Assembly: GCA_963666275.2 (NCBI GenBank)
Contig: CAXXOA010000002.1
Span: 256,001-320,000, forward strand
Direction of reading: 5' to 3'
DNA: 64,000 bases
Source of the DNA: Oceanispirochaeta sp.
Lineage (GTDB): Bacteria; Spirochaetota; Spirochaetia; DSM-2461
This document shows positions 1 to 9,809 of this stretch, one piece after another. Under the pieces are notes generated by a model. The model was not told the origin of the DNA. It saw only the letters and a program-made list of their open reading frames with translations, and did no database searches. The position numbers were made by a program, and so were the translations under genes. Positions within the stretch are counted from its first letter, which is position 1; every line of letters begins with the position of its first letter.

Positions 1-2
1 AT

Positions 3-83
3 CCCCTTGTCACTGAATACAGCGACCTTCTGGCCGGAGTGGATGAGTTTATTTCTCAAGGTATGGCAGCAGAGCCTGTTTAA
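3..83 (+). CDS. Possible C-terminal fragment of a gene entering from the left edge
   Basis: Frame 3 is open from the edge (PLVTEYSDLLAGVDEFISQGMAAEPV*) to TAA at 81-83 and overlaps the kinase end convergently; no recognisable motif. Confidence 0.25.
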   Translation, partial: PLVTEYSDLLAGVDEFISQGMAAEPV

Positions 84-2469
84 CCCGTTCAAAAGCCTCC
101 CGGACTTCCTGGTAGGCGGAACCGGCGTCTTCCGGCCTGTTGTCACGGCCGGAGAACTCCAGTTTTTCGGCGGCCTTTCCCAGCTCATCCATGGATAGAT
201 TCCGGGAACTTCCCTTGATGGCATGACCGATACCACGAACCTCTTCCATCTGGGAAAAAACCCCGGGATCTTCAAGGCGGTTCAGATAGGTTTCCATCTG
301 GGTAATAAATGGTTTCAGCAGAGAAACTAGCAGATCAAGGTCCCCCATAAAGGTATCGAGGGCCTGTTTCATATCAAAGATCGAATCTTCATCATCTGAA
401 AGGTCTTCAGGAACACGATCCAGCTCCACGGGAATATCCGGCAACTCCTGTTCCACCTCTGTCAGCTCCTCCAGAGAGCCTGCTTCGTCAAGCTCTTCCA
501 TAGCCAGCCAGCGATCCAGCAGAGGCTGGATATCCCTGTTTTTGAAAGGTTTGGGAAGGAAGTCTGACATCCCCGACTCCAGACACTTCTCTTTTTCCCC
601 TTTCAGAGCATTGGCTGTGACAGCGACGATGGGAGTATGAATTCCGATTTCCCGGATCTTTCTTGTGGCTTCGTATCCGTTCATAACAGGCATCTGACAG
701 TCCATAAAAATAAGATCGGGATTCTCACTTTCAGCCATTTCCACGGCATATTTGCCATTCTCCGCCAGAATAACCTGCAGGCCCTGCTTGGTAAGTATCG
801 CTTCAAAAAGTTTTCTGTTTACAGGGTGATCCTCCGCGATCAGAACTTTTCCCTCCCATGTTTTCGGACGGGCCGGCTGATTATCATCTATGCCCCGCCT
901 TCTATCACCTGACAGCTCCTCCAGCTCCTCCAGCTCACCGGCTTCCGATTTTTCAGGAAACATGGCAAGGATACACTTGTCCCAGAGATCCTTTTTCCGG
1001 ATAGGCTTGGTGATGTAGGCACTGAACCAGCCAAGAAGCTTCATCTTGGCTTCCTCGGTCCCCTTGGCTTTCAGGGACATGAGAATCAGAGCTGTTCTGG
1101 TCAGGGTATCATGCGCCCTGACCTGACTGGCCAGCTGCCACCCGTCAATATCGGGCATCAACTGATCGGTAATACAGATGTCGTAGGGCTGATCTTCCTG
1201 CCGGACCTTATCTTTCATTTTCTGGAAGGCTTCCCGGCCGCTGCCCGCTTCATCCACCCGGCATCCCCATAATGTGAGGTATTTGACCAGGATATTCCGT
1301 ATTTTCCAGTTGTCATCCACCAGAAGGATGGAAATGCCTTTCAGGTCATCCCCGTAGTGATACTCCTCTTCCGCCTCAGACAGGGCCCTGTCAAAAGTCA
1401 AAGTGAAGAAGAACTCCGAACCGATCCCCTCAGAACTCTCCACCTCAAGCTGACCGCCCATCTGGGCGACCAGATTACGGCAGATAGTGAGCCCCAGTCC
1501 GGTTCCCCCGTAGCGCCTTGTGGTGGAAGAGTCGGCCTGTGTGAATGCCTCGAACAGAGTATCTTTTTTACTGCCGGAAATACCGATTCCGCTGTCTTCA
1601 ACAGAAAACCGGATGGTCGTCCTGGTATCATTCTGCTCAACAAGACGAAGGTAGACCATCACCTGGCCGTCTTCTGTAAACTTGACAGCATTGTTTACAA
1701 GATTCATCACAATCTGCCTCAGCCTGGTGGGATCGCCCTTTACAGCAAGATCAGCGTCGGTATCGGCCAGAAATCCGACTTCGACACCTTTCTTATGAGC
1801 TTCCAGTGCGACAAGATCTACCGAATCCTCTATGAGATCCTGGAGATGGCAGACCGTATATTCCAGTTCGAGCTGACCGGCTTCTATTTTTGAAAAATCC
1901 AGTACATCATTGATAAGGGAAAGAAGGACATCCGCACTGAAACGGATCTGGGAACTGTACTCTTCCTGCTCCTGGTCCAGACGGGTCGTGTTCATCAGTT
2001 CGGACATTCCTATTATGGTATGTATGGGCGTCCGGATTTCATGACTCATATTCGCCAGAAAATCAGATTTGGTTTTTGTGGCCTTTTCAGCATCATAGCG
2101 GGCATTTTTCAGCATCCTTTCCCTATGATGCTGCTCTGTAATATCATCTTCGAAAACAAAAATATGAGAGTCCTGACTGGTACGCATCATGCGGATGGAA
2201 AACCAGTGGGTCCCTTTCTGCCGGATGGGAACGGCGATGGTCATCTGGTTCTGCCTTATATCAGACCCGAGAAAATTCTCCTGAAAATGCAGCCAGTCAT
2301 CGGACAGGGGGGCATAGCGGATTTTCAGAAGGTCGCCCTCATCATCAAAGAGACTCTTCAGTCTTGAATTGGAATACAGAGGCAATCCTTTGCTGTTCAG
2401 GATTCCCACACCTCTGGGAAGTTCATTGAACAATGCCGGCCAGTCAAGGTTCTCAGGTGTCTGAATCAT
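49..2469 (-). CDS. Cytoplasmic hybrid sensor histidine kinase (PAS-like, HisKA, HATPase, REC, REC, HPt)
   Basis: H-box FLANMSHEIRTP, N-box NLVNNAVKFT, G boxes DSGIG and GGTGLGL, receivers ITDQLMP and FMDCQMP, HPt GHAIKGSS; no TM segment. Confidence 0.95.
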   Translation of the reverse strand: MIQTPENLDWPALFNELPRGVGILNSKGLPLYSNSRLKSLFDDEGDLLKIRYAPLSDDWLHFQENFLGSDIRQNQMTIAVPIRQKGTHWFSIRMMRTSQDSHIFVFEDDITEQHHRERMLKNARYDAEKATKTKSDFLANMSHEIRTPIHTIIGMSELMNTTRLDQEQEEYSSQIRFSADVLLSLINDVLDFSKIEAGQLELEYTVCHLQDLIEDSVDLVALEAHKKGVEVGFLADTDADLAVKGDPTRLRQIVMNLVNNAVKFTEDGQVMVYLRLVEQNDTRTTIRFSVEDSGIGISGSKKDTLFEAFTQADSSTTRRYGGTGLGLTICRNLVAQMGGQLEVESSEGIGSEFFFTLTFDRALSEAEEEYHYGDDLKGISILLVDDNWKIRNILVKYLTLWGCRVDEAGSGREAFQKMKDKVRQEDQPYDICITDQLMPDIDGWQLASQVRAHDTLTRTALILMSLKAKGTEEAKMKLLGWFSAYITKPIRKKDLWDKCILAMFPEKSEAGELEELEELSGDRRRGIDDNQPARPKTWEGKVLIAEDHPVNRKLFEAILTKQGLQVILAENGKYAVEMAESENPDLIFMDCQMPVMNGYEATRKIREIGIHTPIVAVTANALKGEKEKCLESGMSDFLPKPFKNRDIQPLLDRWLAMEELDEAGSLEELTEVEQELPDIPVELDRVPEDLSDDEDSIFDMKQALDTFMGDLDLLVSLLKPFITQMETYLNRLEDPGVFSQMEEVRGIGHAIKGSSRNLSMDELGKAAEKLEFSGRDNRPEDAGSAYQEVREAFERVKQALLPYLEK

Positions 2470-2472
2470 CTC

Positions 2473-3729
2473 CTACTCCGATAACTTTCGGACCATAACA
2501 TCGGCTATTTTTGAGACGATCCCGTCGGGTTTGGGGGGTTTGATTATATAGCTGTCGATTCCCAGTTCCTTGGCTTTCATGACACTCTCTTTTTTGGACA
2601 TGGCAGAGAGGATCAGCACAGGGAAGGTTTCCCCTCTCTGTTTGAGAATTTCAAGAACCTGAAATCCATCCATTCCCGGCATCATAAGATCCAGAAGGAG
2701 CAGTTCGGTTTTTTTCTGATCCAGCGAATCCACAAATGACTGTCCGTCGCTGTAGTAATCGGCGCTCCAGTTTGTCTGTTCCAGCGCCTTGGCCACAATG
2801 CTGTGAATAATAAAGTCGTCATCCACTATGGCAATGTTGATGCTCCGCTTGAGAAGCCCTGTTTTCATATTGGCGCTTTCATCCTGAAAATTCAGCTGAA
2901 AGGCCTCGTTGCTCCTCATCTCGCTATGGGAGGAGAGCAGAGAATCCTGCACATTGTTCTGCTCGGAGGTCATAGTCTCCAGACCTTTGATCCCCAGAAG
3001 ACCTGAAACAGCTTTATCCAGAGATTTAACAATCTCCACGAATTTAAAGACAGGATGGTACTTCAAATAGTTTTTGATATTGTCATCCAGTGTGAGAATC
3101 TTAACCTGCTTCAGATTTCCCACGAACTTTTCCACTTCCTCCAGAAGCTGTTCAAGCTTGGGTTCATCTTCCGTCCTGAAAGTGATGTCAGTCATCAGGA
3201 TCAGGATACGCGGATACTGGACTTTATACAGTTTAAGAAGCTCCGCCACCTTGTACTGGAGGAGGTTGATTTTCTCTTTATTGAAGCCCCTGGCAATCTC
3301 AATAAAAAGGATCTGATCATTCAGGTGGGCATCCAGAAGACAGGGGGTATCATCCAGTACGATCTCCACTCCCAGGAGCTCGGAAAGGGCTGCCAGAAGG
3401 GCGTCTATCTTAATGGGCTTATTCAGGAATTTTCTCACCCCGAAAGCCGCAACTTCCATGATTTTCTGACGGTCCACATTGGCAGAGGCCATGATGATGG
3501 GGATATCTTTGGCATTGGGGTCCTGCATCTTGTCCCGGAGGACATCCATACTGCTTTTCCGGGAAAGCATATAATCCATGATAATCACATCGGGAAGAAC
3601 ACTTCTGATTTTGGAAATGCCATCCAGACCGTTGATAGCCGGAGTAACTTCAAAACCATAGGTTGAGAGCTGTTTCTGCATAAAATCCCTGTACATGGGA
3701 GAATCATCAATGACGAGTACTTTTTTCAT
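2473..3729 (-). CDS. Response regulator with two receiver domains and an unassigned central domain
   Basis: N-terminal VIDDS..IMDYML..KP and C-terminal IVDDD..LLDLMMP..KP; no DNA-binding domain. Confidence 0.9.
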   Translation of the reverse strand: MKKVLVIDDSPMYRDFMQKQLSTYGFEVTPAINGLDGISKIRSVLPDVIIMDYMLSRKSSMDVLRDKMQDPNAKDIPIIMASANVDRQKIMEVAAFGVRKFLNKPIKIDALLAALSELLGVEIVLDDTPCLLDAHLNDQILFIEIARGFNKEKINLLQYKVAELLKLYKVQYPRILILMTDITFRTEDEPKLEQLLEEVEKFVGNLKQVKILTLDDNIKNYLKYHPVFKFVEIVKSLDKAVSGLLGIKGLETMTSEQNNVQDSLLSSHSEMRSNEAFQLNFQDESANMKTGLLKRSINIAIVDDDFIIHSIVAKALEQTNWSADYYSDGQSFVDSLDQKKTELLLLDLMMPGMDGFQVLEILKQRGETFPVLILSAMSKKESVMKAKELGIDSYIIKPPKPDGIVSKIADVMVRKLSE

Positions 3730-3793
3730 CAGGAGAACCTTTAAGACATATTATTTTATTTATACCACAATTCTGCTCTTATCTCTAGAAAGA

Positions 3794-3822
3794 TTGCATC
3801 TTTTACCCATACCATCCATAAT
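3794..3822 (+). promoter_or_regulatory. Sigma70-type promoter, probably leaderless
   Basis: TTGCAT-17-CATAAT, then 6 nt, then ATG 3829; no SD. Confidence 0.55.
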
Positions 3823-3828
3823 TCCCCC

Positions 3829-4998
3829 ATGGAAGAGTTCTTATATTCGGGGAATCCCCGCACCCTGACAATTGAGACTGTCCGTATGGATGCGGAAACC
3901 GATTCGGGAGAAGAACAGAGACTGCTTCTGGGAAGCGCCGTCTTTGACGAAGCCGGAAGGATGGTGAAGAAACGGGAACCCAGAAGAACGACAGCCTATG
4001 AGTACGACGAAAAGGGCAACTGCATTGGAGAATCTGTCTTTTCAGGCGACGGCAACCTGATAGACCGGACGGACCGGACCTTTATTCAGGATCAGCTGAC
4101 AGAAGAACTCCGGGGCAGGGAAAAAATTACCTTTCACTATAACAGCCGGGGCCTGAAAGATTATGTCACAACATTCCGGGACTCCCACCAGGAAAGCATC
4201 TCCTCCTTCGGCTATGACGAACAGAACAGGCTGATTCAGATAGATGTCAGAGATCCGGAAGGACACCTCCTCAGATCAACCCTGCTGGAAAGAAACGAGA
4301 AAGATATGATTGTCCGGGAGAAAATCATAAACCAGGACAACATGCTCCTGGAAAACAACCTCTATGAGTACCCGGTTTTCCATCAGGGAAACTGGCTGAA
4401 AAGGATCTGCTACTCCCTGAATGAAAGGGGAGAAAAAACGCCCGTGGAAGCCCTTTACAGAAGCGTTTCTTTTGATGCGGCAGACAATAGCAGCGTGTCA
4501 GCGGAAAGGGATATTTCCAGCCGGACGCCCCTTTCCGCGGAAGCCCCCGAAGAGAGAGGGGAAGAGACTCTTCCGGAGGACACTCCTTCTGAAGAAAGAG
4601 GAGAGGAAAACGGAACAGTCCGCTTCCGAAATGGGATCTACCGGGGCAACCTGGACAGCTCCGGAACCCCGGAAGGGACAGGAGTGTTCGAAGGGAGTGA
4701 CGGGACTCACTATTCTGGAGAATTCCGCAAAGGCAGACTCCACGGCAGGGGGGACCTGGTAACCCCCGACGGCAGGCACTACAGGGGAGATTTCATGGAG
4801 AACCAGCCCCACGGGGAGGGAGAATGCCTCTGGCCCGACGGCAGGAGATACAAGGGAAATTTCTCACAGGGCAAAATGCACGGGATCGGCGTATTCTACT
4901 GGCCCGACGGCAGCCGTTTTACAGGACTCTTCGACAATAACAGTCCTACGGAACAGGGCCTGCTGGAATCGGAAAACGACAGGGAGGAAAGGCTTTGA
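3829..4998 (+). CDS. MORN-repeat protein with N-terminal YD/RHS-like repeats
   Basis: YEYDEKGN, YNSRG and YDEQNR repeats; C-terminal YxGxFxxGxxHGxG MORN repeats. Confidence 0.85.
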   Translation: MEEFLYSGNPRTLTIETVRMDAETDSGEEQRLLLGSAVFDEAGRMVKKREPRRTTAYEYDEKGNCIGESVFSGDGNLIDRTDRTFIQDQLTEELRGREKITFHYNSRGLKDYVTTFRDSHQESISSFGYDEQNRLIQIDVRDPEGHLLRSTLLERNEKDMIVREKIINQDNMLLENNLYEYPVFHQGNWLKRICYSLNERGEKTPVEALYRSVSFDAADNSSVSAERDISSRTPLSAEAPEERGEETLPEDTPSEERGEENGTVRFRNGIYRGNLDSSGTPEGTGVFEGSDGTHYSGEFRKGRLHGRGDLVTPDGRHYRGDFMENQPHGEGECLWPDGRRYKGNFSQGKMHGIGVFYWPDGSRFTGLFDNNSPTEQGLLESENDREERL

Positions 4999-5654
4999 GA
5001 TACCCCTGCCTGATCCTGGATCATGACGATACATCGGTGGAGAGTACTCCCCGGATTCACTATCCTGCCCACCTGGAAGTAATGAAACTTCTTCGGCCGG
5101 GAGTCGCTCCCGTGTCGCTGGAAACCTGGTTTCTGAAAAATTTCTCTCCGGGCATAATGGAGTATATGACGGGGGAACTGGGATTCTCCCCGGAAGAGAT
5201 CCGGAAGGAATATGAGATCTGGCGATCCTTTACTCAGGAGCGCATACCGGCTTTTTTTCCGGAGTTTCTGGAAACCCTCAGAGAGTACAAGTCCCGGGGC
5301 GGCATCATCACAGTGGTGTCCCACTCGGAGGAAGATCTTATCAGAAGAGATTACAGGGCTGCCGGCGCTGAAGATCTTCCCGAAATGGTATTCGGCTGGG
5401 ACTTTGATCCGGCAAAACGGAAACCCCACCCCTACCCGGTACAGCGGATCCTTGAGAATTACGGGCTCTCACCCGGTCAGGCGCTGATTCTGGACGACCT
5501 GAAACCTGCCGTCGAGATGAGCCGTACCAGCGGTGTCGCCATCGCCGCAGCCGGATGGGGACATCAGATACGGGAAATCAGAAGCTATATGGAGAAATCC
5601 TGCCAGAACTACTTCAGCTCTGTTGCGGAGTTCAGAGATTTCCTGCTTTCTTGA
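4995..5654 (+). CDS. HAD-superfamily hydrolase
   Basis: Motif I DHDDT, motif II VVSHS, KPHP and LDD motifs. Confidence 0.9.
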   Translation: MRYPCLILDHDDTSVESTPRIHYPAHLEVMKLLRPGVAPVSLETWFLKNFSPGIMEYMTGELGFSPEEIRKEYEIWRSFTQERIPAFFPEFLETLREYKSRGGIITVVSHSEEDLIRRDYRAAGAEDLPEMVFGWDFDPAKRKPHPYPVQRILENYGLSPGQALILDDLKPAVEMSRTSGVAIAAAGWGHQIREIRSYMEKSCQNYFSSVAEFRDFLLS

Positions 5655-5958
5655 GAAACTGGTCGATCTCTTCTCTTGTTTTCCGGGCAGTGCTGACAAA
5701 ACGTTCTGTTTCCTTTCCCTTCTGAAAAACAACAAAACTGGGTATTCCGAAAATATTCAGCTCCTGGCAGAGATCCAGAAAGGGATCCCGGTCAATAGAG
5801 ATGAAGTCGAAGTGATCGCCATATTCTTTTTCAAGTTCCGGCATCACAGGCTTGATGACCTGACAGTCGGGACACCAGTCAGCGGTAAAAAGAGCACAGA
5901 CCGGTTTTTCTGATTCAATTTTATTATTAAAATGGTTAATGTCTTTAATATTTTCCAT
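5632..5958 (-). CDS. Thioredoxin family protein
   Basis: FTADWCPDC and cis-Pro loop GIPSF. Confidence 0.92.
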   Translation of the reverse strand: MENIKDINHFNNKIESEKPVCALFTADWCPDCQVIKPVMPELEKEYGDHFDFISIDRDPFLDLCQELNIFGIPSFVVFQKGKETERFVSTARKTREEIDQFLKKAGNL

Positions 5959-6066
5959 ATTAGAATGTCTCCTGTCACATAAGCGTATCTTTTTCTCCAG
6001 GCAATCCTTGCATAGAGCAATAAGTAGACTATAGTATATATATTAGAAATATAATAGGAGATACCC

Positions 6067-6366
6067 ATGTTTGATTCCCTGAATTATGAAACTGTTGAAG
6101 GAAAAAATACGGAAAAAAAGCTGACTCTTTTTGCTCTGACAACCTGCAGCTTCTGCAAAAAAGCCAAAGCCTTTCTTGAGGAGAATGGATTTCAGTACCG
6201 CTATATCAATATGGATAAAATTGATCCAGATGAAAAACGGGAATTCAAAGAAGAATTTGCCGGGAAGTTCAACAAGCGTCTGACCTATCCGACCCTTCTC
6301 ATTGACGACGAAGAACTGCTGACAGGATTTATCCGTATTGCCTGGGAAAAGGAGCTGATGTCCTAG
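6067..6366 (+). CDS. Glutaredoxin/NrdH-like redoxin
   Basis: TCSFCKKAK, TYPTL, LTGF; SD AGGAG. Confidence 0.9.
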   Translation: MFDSLNYETVEGKNTEKKLTLFALTTCSFCKKAKAFLEENGFQYRYINMDKIDPDEKREFKEEFAGKFNKRLTYPTLLIDDEELLTGFIRIAWEKELMS

Positions 6367-6705
6367 ATGAAAGAGAAGACCCTTTCCGACGTAACAGATT
6401 TTCTCAGGGCTGTGACCAGCAAACAGTCCCTGATACTCAATCCTGATACAGAACAGGTCAATACAGTAGCCCAGGGACTCATGGAAAACTACAACACTCT
6501 GGGTTATTTCTGCTGCCCCTGCCGGGAACCATGGAATGACAGAAAAAAAGACAGGGACATTACCTGCCCCTGCGATTACTGCCAACCTGACGTCGAAGAG
6601 TTCGGACAGTGTTTCTGTGGATTGTTTGTTTCAGAAGAGGCCGCATCTTCCGGCATGGAACTGAGTTCCATACCAGACAGAAGGGACGATGAACGATACC
6701 CCTGA
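6367..6705 (+). CDS. Ferredoxin-thioredoxin reductase catalytic-subunit-like protein
   Basis: CPC...CPC...CFC-GLF cysteine pattern. Confidence 0.9.
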   Translation: MKEKTLSDVTDFLRAVTSKQSLILNPDTEQVNTVAQGLMENYNTLGYFCCPCREPWNDRKKDRDITCPCDYCQPDVEEFGQCFCGLFVSEEAASSGMELSSIPDRRDDERYP

Positions 6706-6712
6706 ACCGGGG

Positions 6713-7042
6713 TCATTCAGCAGGGATTTCTCCCATGTCACGGAGCTCTTCAAGAGCTGCATCTTTCTCTTTGACTTTTGTCTTTTTAATTGCTTTACGC
6801 AGAATATTATTCCACTGCTTTTCGGGAATTTCCTCTTTCATCTCTTCCAGAATAAGGAGGATCTCGTCGCTGCTCTCAATGTTGTAAATTTTGTTCCCGT
6901 CATGAAAAAAGAGATCTGCCATCTCATTGATATAGTCTCCGACGCTTCTTTCTCTTTTTGCCACTTTCCTCGCCAGGACTTCTTCTTTTTTTCGCGCTTT
7001 TTTTAAATCCCGGTCTTTTCTGGCAATGTCTGTACTTTTCAT
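6713..7042 (-). CDS. Hypothetical charged helical protein
   Basis: 109-aa ORF with SD GAGG; Lys-rich N-terminus. Confidence 0.75.
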   Translation of the reverse strand: MKSTDIARKDRDLKKARKKEEVLARKVAKRERSVGDYINEMADLFFHDGNKIYNIESSDEILLILEEMKEEIPEKQWNNILRKAIKKTKVKEKDAALEELRDMGEIPAE

Positions 7043-7115
7043 ATGCTTACCTCACTGCAAAACCGGTTAGAATATAACGCTTCAGGAAAGAAATGGCAAC
7101 CGGAATAACCGGCAA

Positions 7116-7715
7116 TCAGGGGAATAGGAGATTCAGACCGTCATGAATACCCCACAACCACTGATCCCGGTCTCCCACAGCGGTTGCCATAAGAAGGGCC
7201 TCGGTATAGGTGATCGTGTCATTCCATGGTTCAAAGATATTCTCGGCAGAATGGATTCGTATAACATAGTTCTCTTTATAATGCTGAGTTACAGCTTCCA
7301 GCCAGTACTGCCGGGTTCCCGAATAATACTCTTCTATCACTTCATAAATGGCGGGACCCGGTTTTTCCAGAGAAAAGACAAACTCCAGTCCCTGCCTGCT
7401 GTAAAGGATCCTTCCTCTGTCATCCATCAAAGGAACCAGGCTGTTATAGACCTCCCCGGAAAGCACAACTGCCGTCAGAAAACTCTCCTCGTCCAGAGCG
7501 GGAGACAGGACCGGCAGTGTTTCGGACCGGGCAAAAGCGCTTAACTTTACACTTCGTAAAACACTCCGGTACTCGGACCGGCCGAAGCGGCCATCATCAA
7601 AGTCATCATACACAGTGACCATCTCTTCCGCTCCGGCGGAGAAGACGGAGATGATAGTGACAAGGAGTACGGGAAAGACGATGCTACAGAGAGAATGTGA
7701 CCTTTTCAACCTCAT
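7116..7715 (-). CDS. Hypothetical exported protein
   Basis: Start revised to ATG 7715 (SD GGAG); signal-like MRLKR...FSAGA. Confidence 0.7.
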   Translation of the reverse strand: MRLKRSHSLCSIVFPVLLVTIISVFSAGAEEMVTVYDDFDDGRFGRSEYRSVLRSVKLSAFARSETLPVLSPALDEESFLTAVVLSGEVYNSLVPLMDDRGRILYSRQGLEFVFSLEKPGPAIYEVIEEYYSGTRQYWLEAVTQHYKENYVIRIHSAENIFEPWNDTITYTEALLMATAVGDRDQWLWGIHDGLNLLFP

Positions 7716-8436
7716 ATCCGGCTCCTTTGAACAGCTCCGACAAAAGAGAAGCCGCACTGGCTTCCGCCTCACGGAGAATTCCCTTGTCCACGGCCATTGT
7801 GACAATCTCCGGCATCAGGGTTTCTATGAGCCGGCTCCACTGCTGGGGCGTCATATCCACCTCCGGATACACCTGCCCGCCCTTTGGTCTGTCATAAATA
7901 ATTATATCAGTAATGCCGGCAGGGGGTAAGCGGAGATTCAACTTTTTATCCTCCTCCGTTTCAAGTGAAAACCGGGGAAGATCATTTTCCAGCAGCCGGA
8001 AACCCGCTTTGATCCCCGCTGAGACGACAAGGAAGGAATCCGGATCTCTGGCGGGATCAAGACCGTTTTCCCGGCACATTCTGTAGACAGAGGCATATTT
8101 CCACTGTTCGGGAATTTCCCTGTCGGGATAGAGTTCCGGATTGTCCTGAAGAAGGAACGCCGCAGGATCGCTGTTATAGAAACGCTGCATCTCCCTCCAG
8201 GGAACTGAATCCCTGTCCTGCGGGTCTATAAAATCGTAGGGAAAGATAACTTTCATTGTATATTCAGAAGAGTTCAGCAGAGAGTCCTCTGTAGACTCAA
8301 CCAGAGAGGAGTAGACCGAAACGGATCTCTGTTCCCTCCAGAGGGGAAGCGGAAAACCGGTAAAGGAAAAACCCGTCAGCACAAGCATGAGGAATGCAGC
8401 AGCCAGGGCGGCGAAGAGTATGGGGCGGATCTTCAT
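7684..8436 (-). CDS. DUF4230-like membrane-anchored protein
   Basis: N-terminal anchor; IKAGFRL, LRLPPAGI and GILREAEASA...GYEV pattern. Confidence 0.7.
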   Translation of the reverse strand: MKIRPILFAALAAAFLMLVLTGFSFTGFPLPLWREQRSVSVYSSLVESTEDSLLNSSEYTMKVIFPYDFIDPQDRDSVPWREMQRFYNSDPAAFLLQDNPELYPDREIPEQWKYASVYRMCRENGLDPARDPDSFLVVSAGIKAGFRLLENDLPRFSLETEEDKKLNLRLPPAGITDIIIYDRPKGGQVYPEVDMTPQQWSRLIETLMPEIVTMAVDKGILREAEASAASLLSELFKGAGYEVEKVTFSL

Positions 8437-9020
8437 AGGAGCTCTCTCCTGAATGTAACGATGACATGGTCATATCCTGTCATTTTCAGCATCCCCGAAA
8501 AGATCTGCTGAGCCCGGATCTCCGCTTCCTTCTCAATCCCCTTTTCCCGGGCCTGTTGACGTATATTGTCCTTTTCACCGGTCAGAAGCGGGAGGTAGTC
8601 TCCCGTGGTAATGGTTGAGAAGCGTTCTTTTGTAAAAACCTGCTCCAGAGAGGTGTCATCCGCATCCACCAGCAGAATTTCTCCTGCCGGAAGGGTCAGG
8701 TAGGCAGAGTTCCCCTGAATTTCAAGGGAAAACCCCTTAGACAGATCGATACCTGCGGTCACATGAAAATCCGCAGTAAAAAGGAGGGATCTCTCCTGCA
8801 GGAAGTTCTCCTTTACAGTCGTGTAAATGACACTCCGGTATACCTGGCGGTTCGTGACAAGCTCCCGGATCCGGGTCAGTTCCTCATAAACCTGCTGCTC
8901 CCTGATGATGCGGTTGTGCTTCTGCACCAGAAAAAAGATTCCGCCAGCACCGCAGCACAGAAAGATGAGGAGAAGAGAGAGGGAGAGAACTCTCCGGGAA
9001 GATCTGTTTTTCTCAGACAT
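8433..9020 (-). CDS. DUF4230-like membrane-anchored protein
   Basis: VTAGIDLS, LTLPAGEI and GIEKEAE...GYDHVIVTF pattern; start revised to ATG 9020. Confidence 0.75.
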   Translation of the reverse strand: MSEKNRSSRRVLSLSLLLIFLCCGAGGIFFLVQKHNRIIREQQVYEELTRIRELVTNRQVYRSVIYTTVKENFLQERSLLFTADFHVTAGIDLSKGFSLEIQGNSAYLTLPAGEILLVDADDTSLEQVFTKERFSTITTGDYLPLLTGEKDNIRQQAREKGIEKEAEIRAQQIFSGMLKMTGYDHVIVTFRRELL

Positions 9021-9130
9021 AGACCTATTATGACCTGCCGGTAAAAGAGAAATCAATCATTTATTTCAGAATAGGAGAATTTATGTATATTATAGAGTCT
9101 CTCCCCGAAAGAGAGTTCAGCGGGGAGGGA

Positions 9131-9775
9131 TCAGTCCAGCAAAGGCTCCAGGAAGCGGACGGCCAGAGTAAACTGGGGCTTGTAGTCTCCACCGAAAGAG
9201 AGGGCAGTATCACCCGAATCCAGGCGTTTTCTGTATTCCCTTCCGATTTCCCGCAGACGTTCGACCAGGGACGGGCAGGCTTCGGGGTGTTCCTTCAGCC
9301 AGGCGGGGCATCCCCCGGATCCCAGAATCAGGATGGACTCTATCTGCTGAAAGAGACTGTTAAAACCGAATCCCTCCAGATTTGATGATGCGGCAAAGTG
9401 GAACCCCTTTACAAGAGCATCTTCCAGCCCCGGTATGGAACCGATCTGCTCGGGAAATTTCCGGGAGCAGTGGGTGAGAATCGCCAGAGCGATGAATGTG
9501 GGAAAGTAATGATAATCCATGGCATCCTCCTGAGATATTTCAGAAGGATCAGGAGAGACGCTCCAGGAGCCGTCTTCAAGCCCCTCCACTCCGGTCCTCT
9601 GGCCCTGCACCAGAGATTCACAGTAGGATCTGAGTTTGTCGGGACCGTACTCGTCATTGGGGACTTGGCCCGAAAGGATATTTTCCAGAAAGATTCTATG
9701 AGCTCCCACCCGGGAGGCCATCTCTTCATAATCGTTATCTTTATTTACAAAAAATTTTTTAAGTGTAAGAATCAT
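9131..9775 (-). CDS. Hypothetical protein
   Basis: ORF fills the gap; ATG 9775 lies 6 nt after TTGCTT-17-TATCAT. Confidence 0.75.
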   Translation of the reverse strand: MILTLKKFFVNKDNDYEEMASRVGAHRIFLENILSGQVPNDEYGPDKLRSYCESLVQGQRTGVEGLEDGSWSVSPDPSEISQEDAMDYHYFPTFIALAILTHCSRKFPEQIGSIPGLEDALVKGFHFAASSNLEGFGFNSLFQQIESILILGSGGCPAWLKEHPEACPSLVERLREIGREYRKRLDSGDTALSFGGDYKPQFTLAVRFLEPLLD

Positions 9776-9809
9776 GGGCATATGATAATAAAAAAGGTAG
9801 GTTCAAGCA

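Noticed and set aside
2467..2475. In-frame TAG-GAG-ATG junction suggesting readthrough
   Set aside because: Explained by an SD (AGGAG) overlapping the stop codon.
3829..4480. RHS toxin
   Set aside because: Too short; no DPxG core end or immunity gene.
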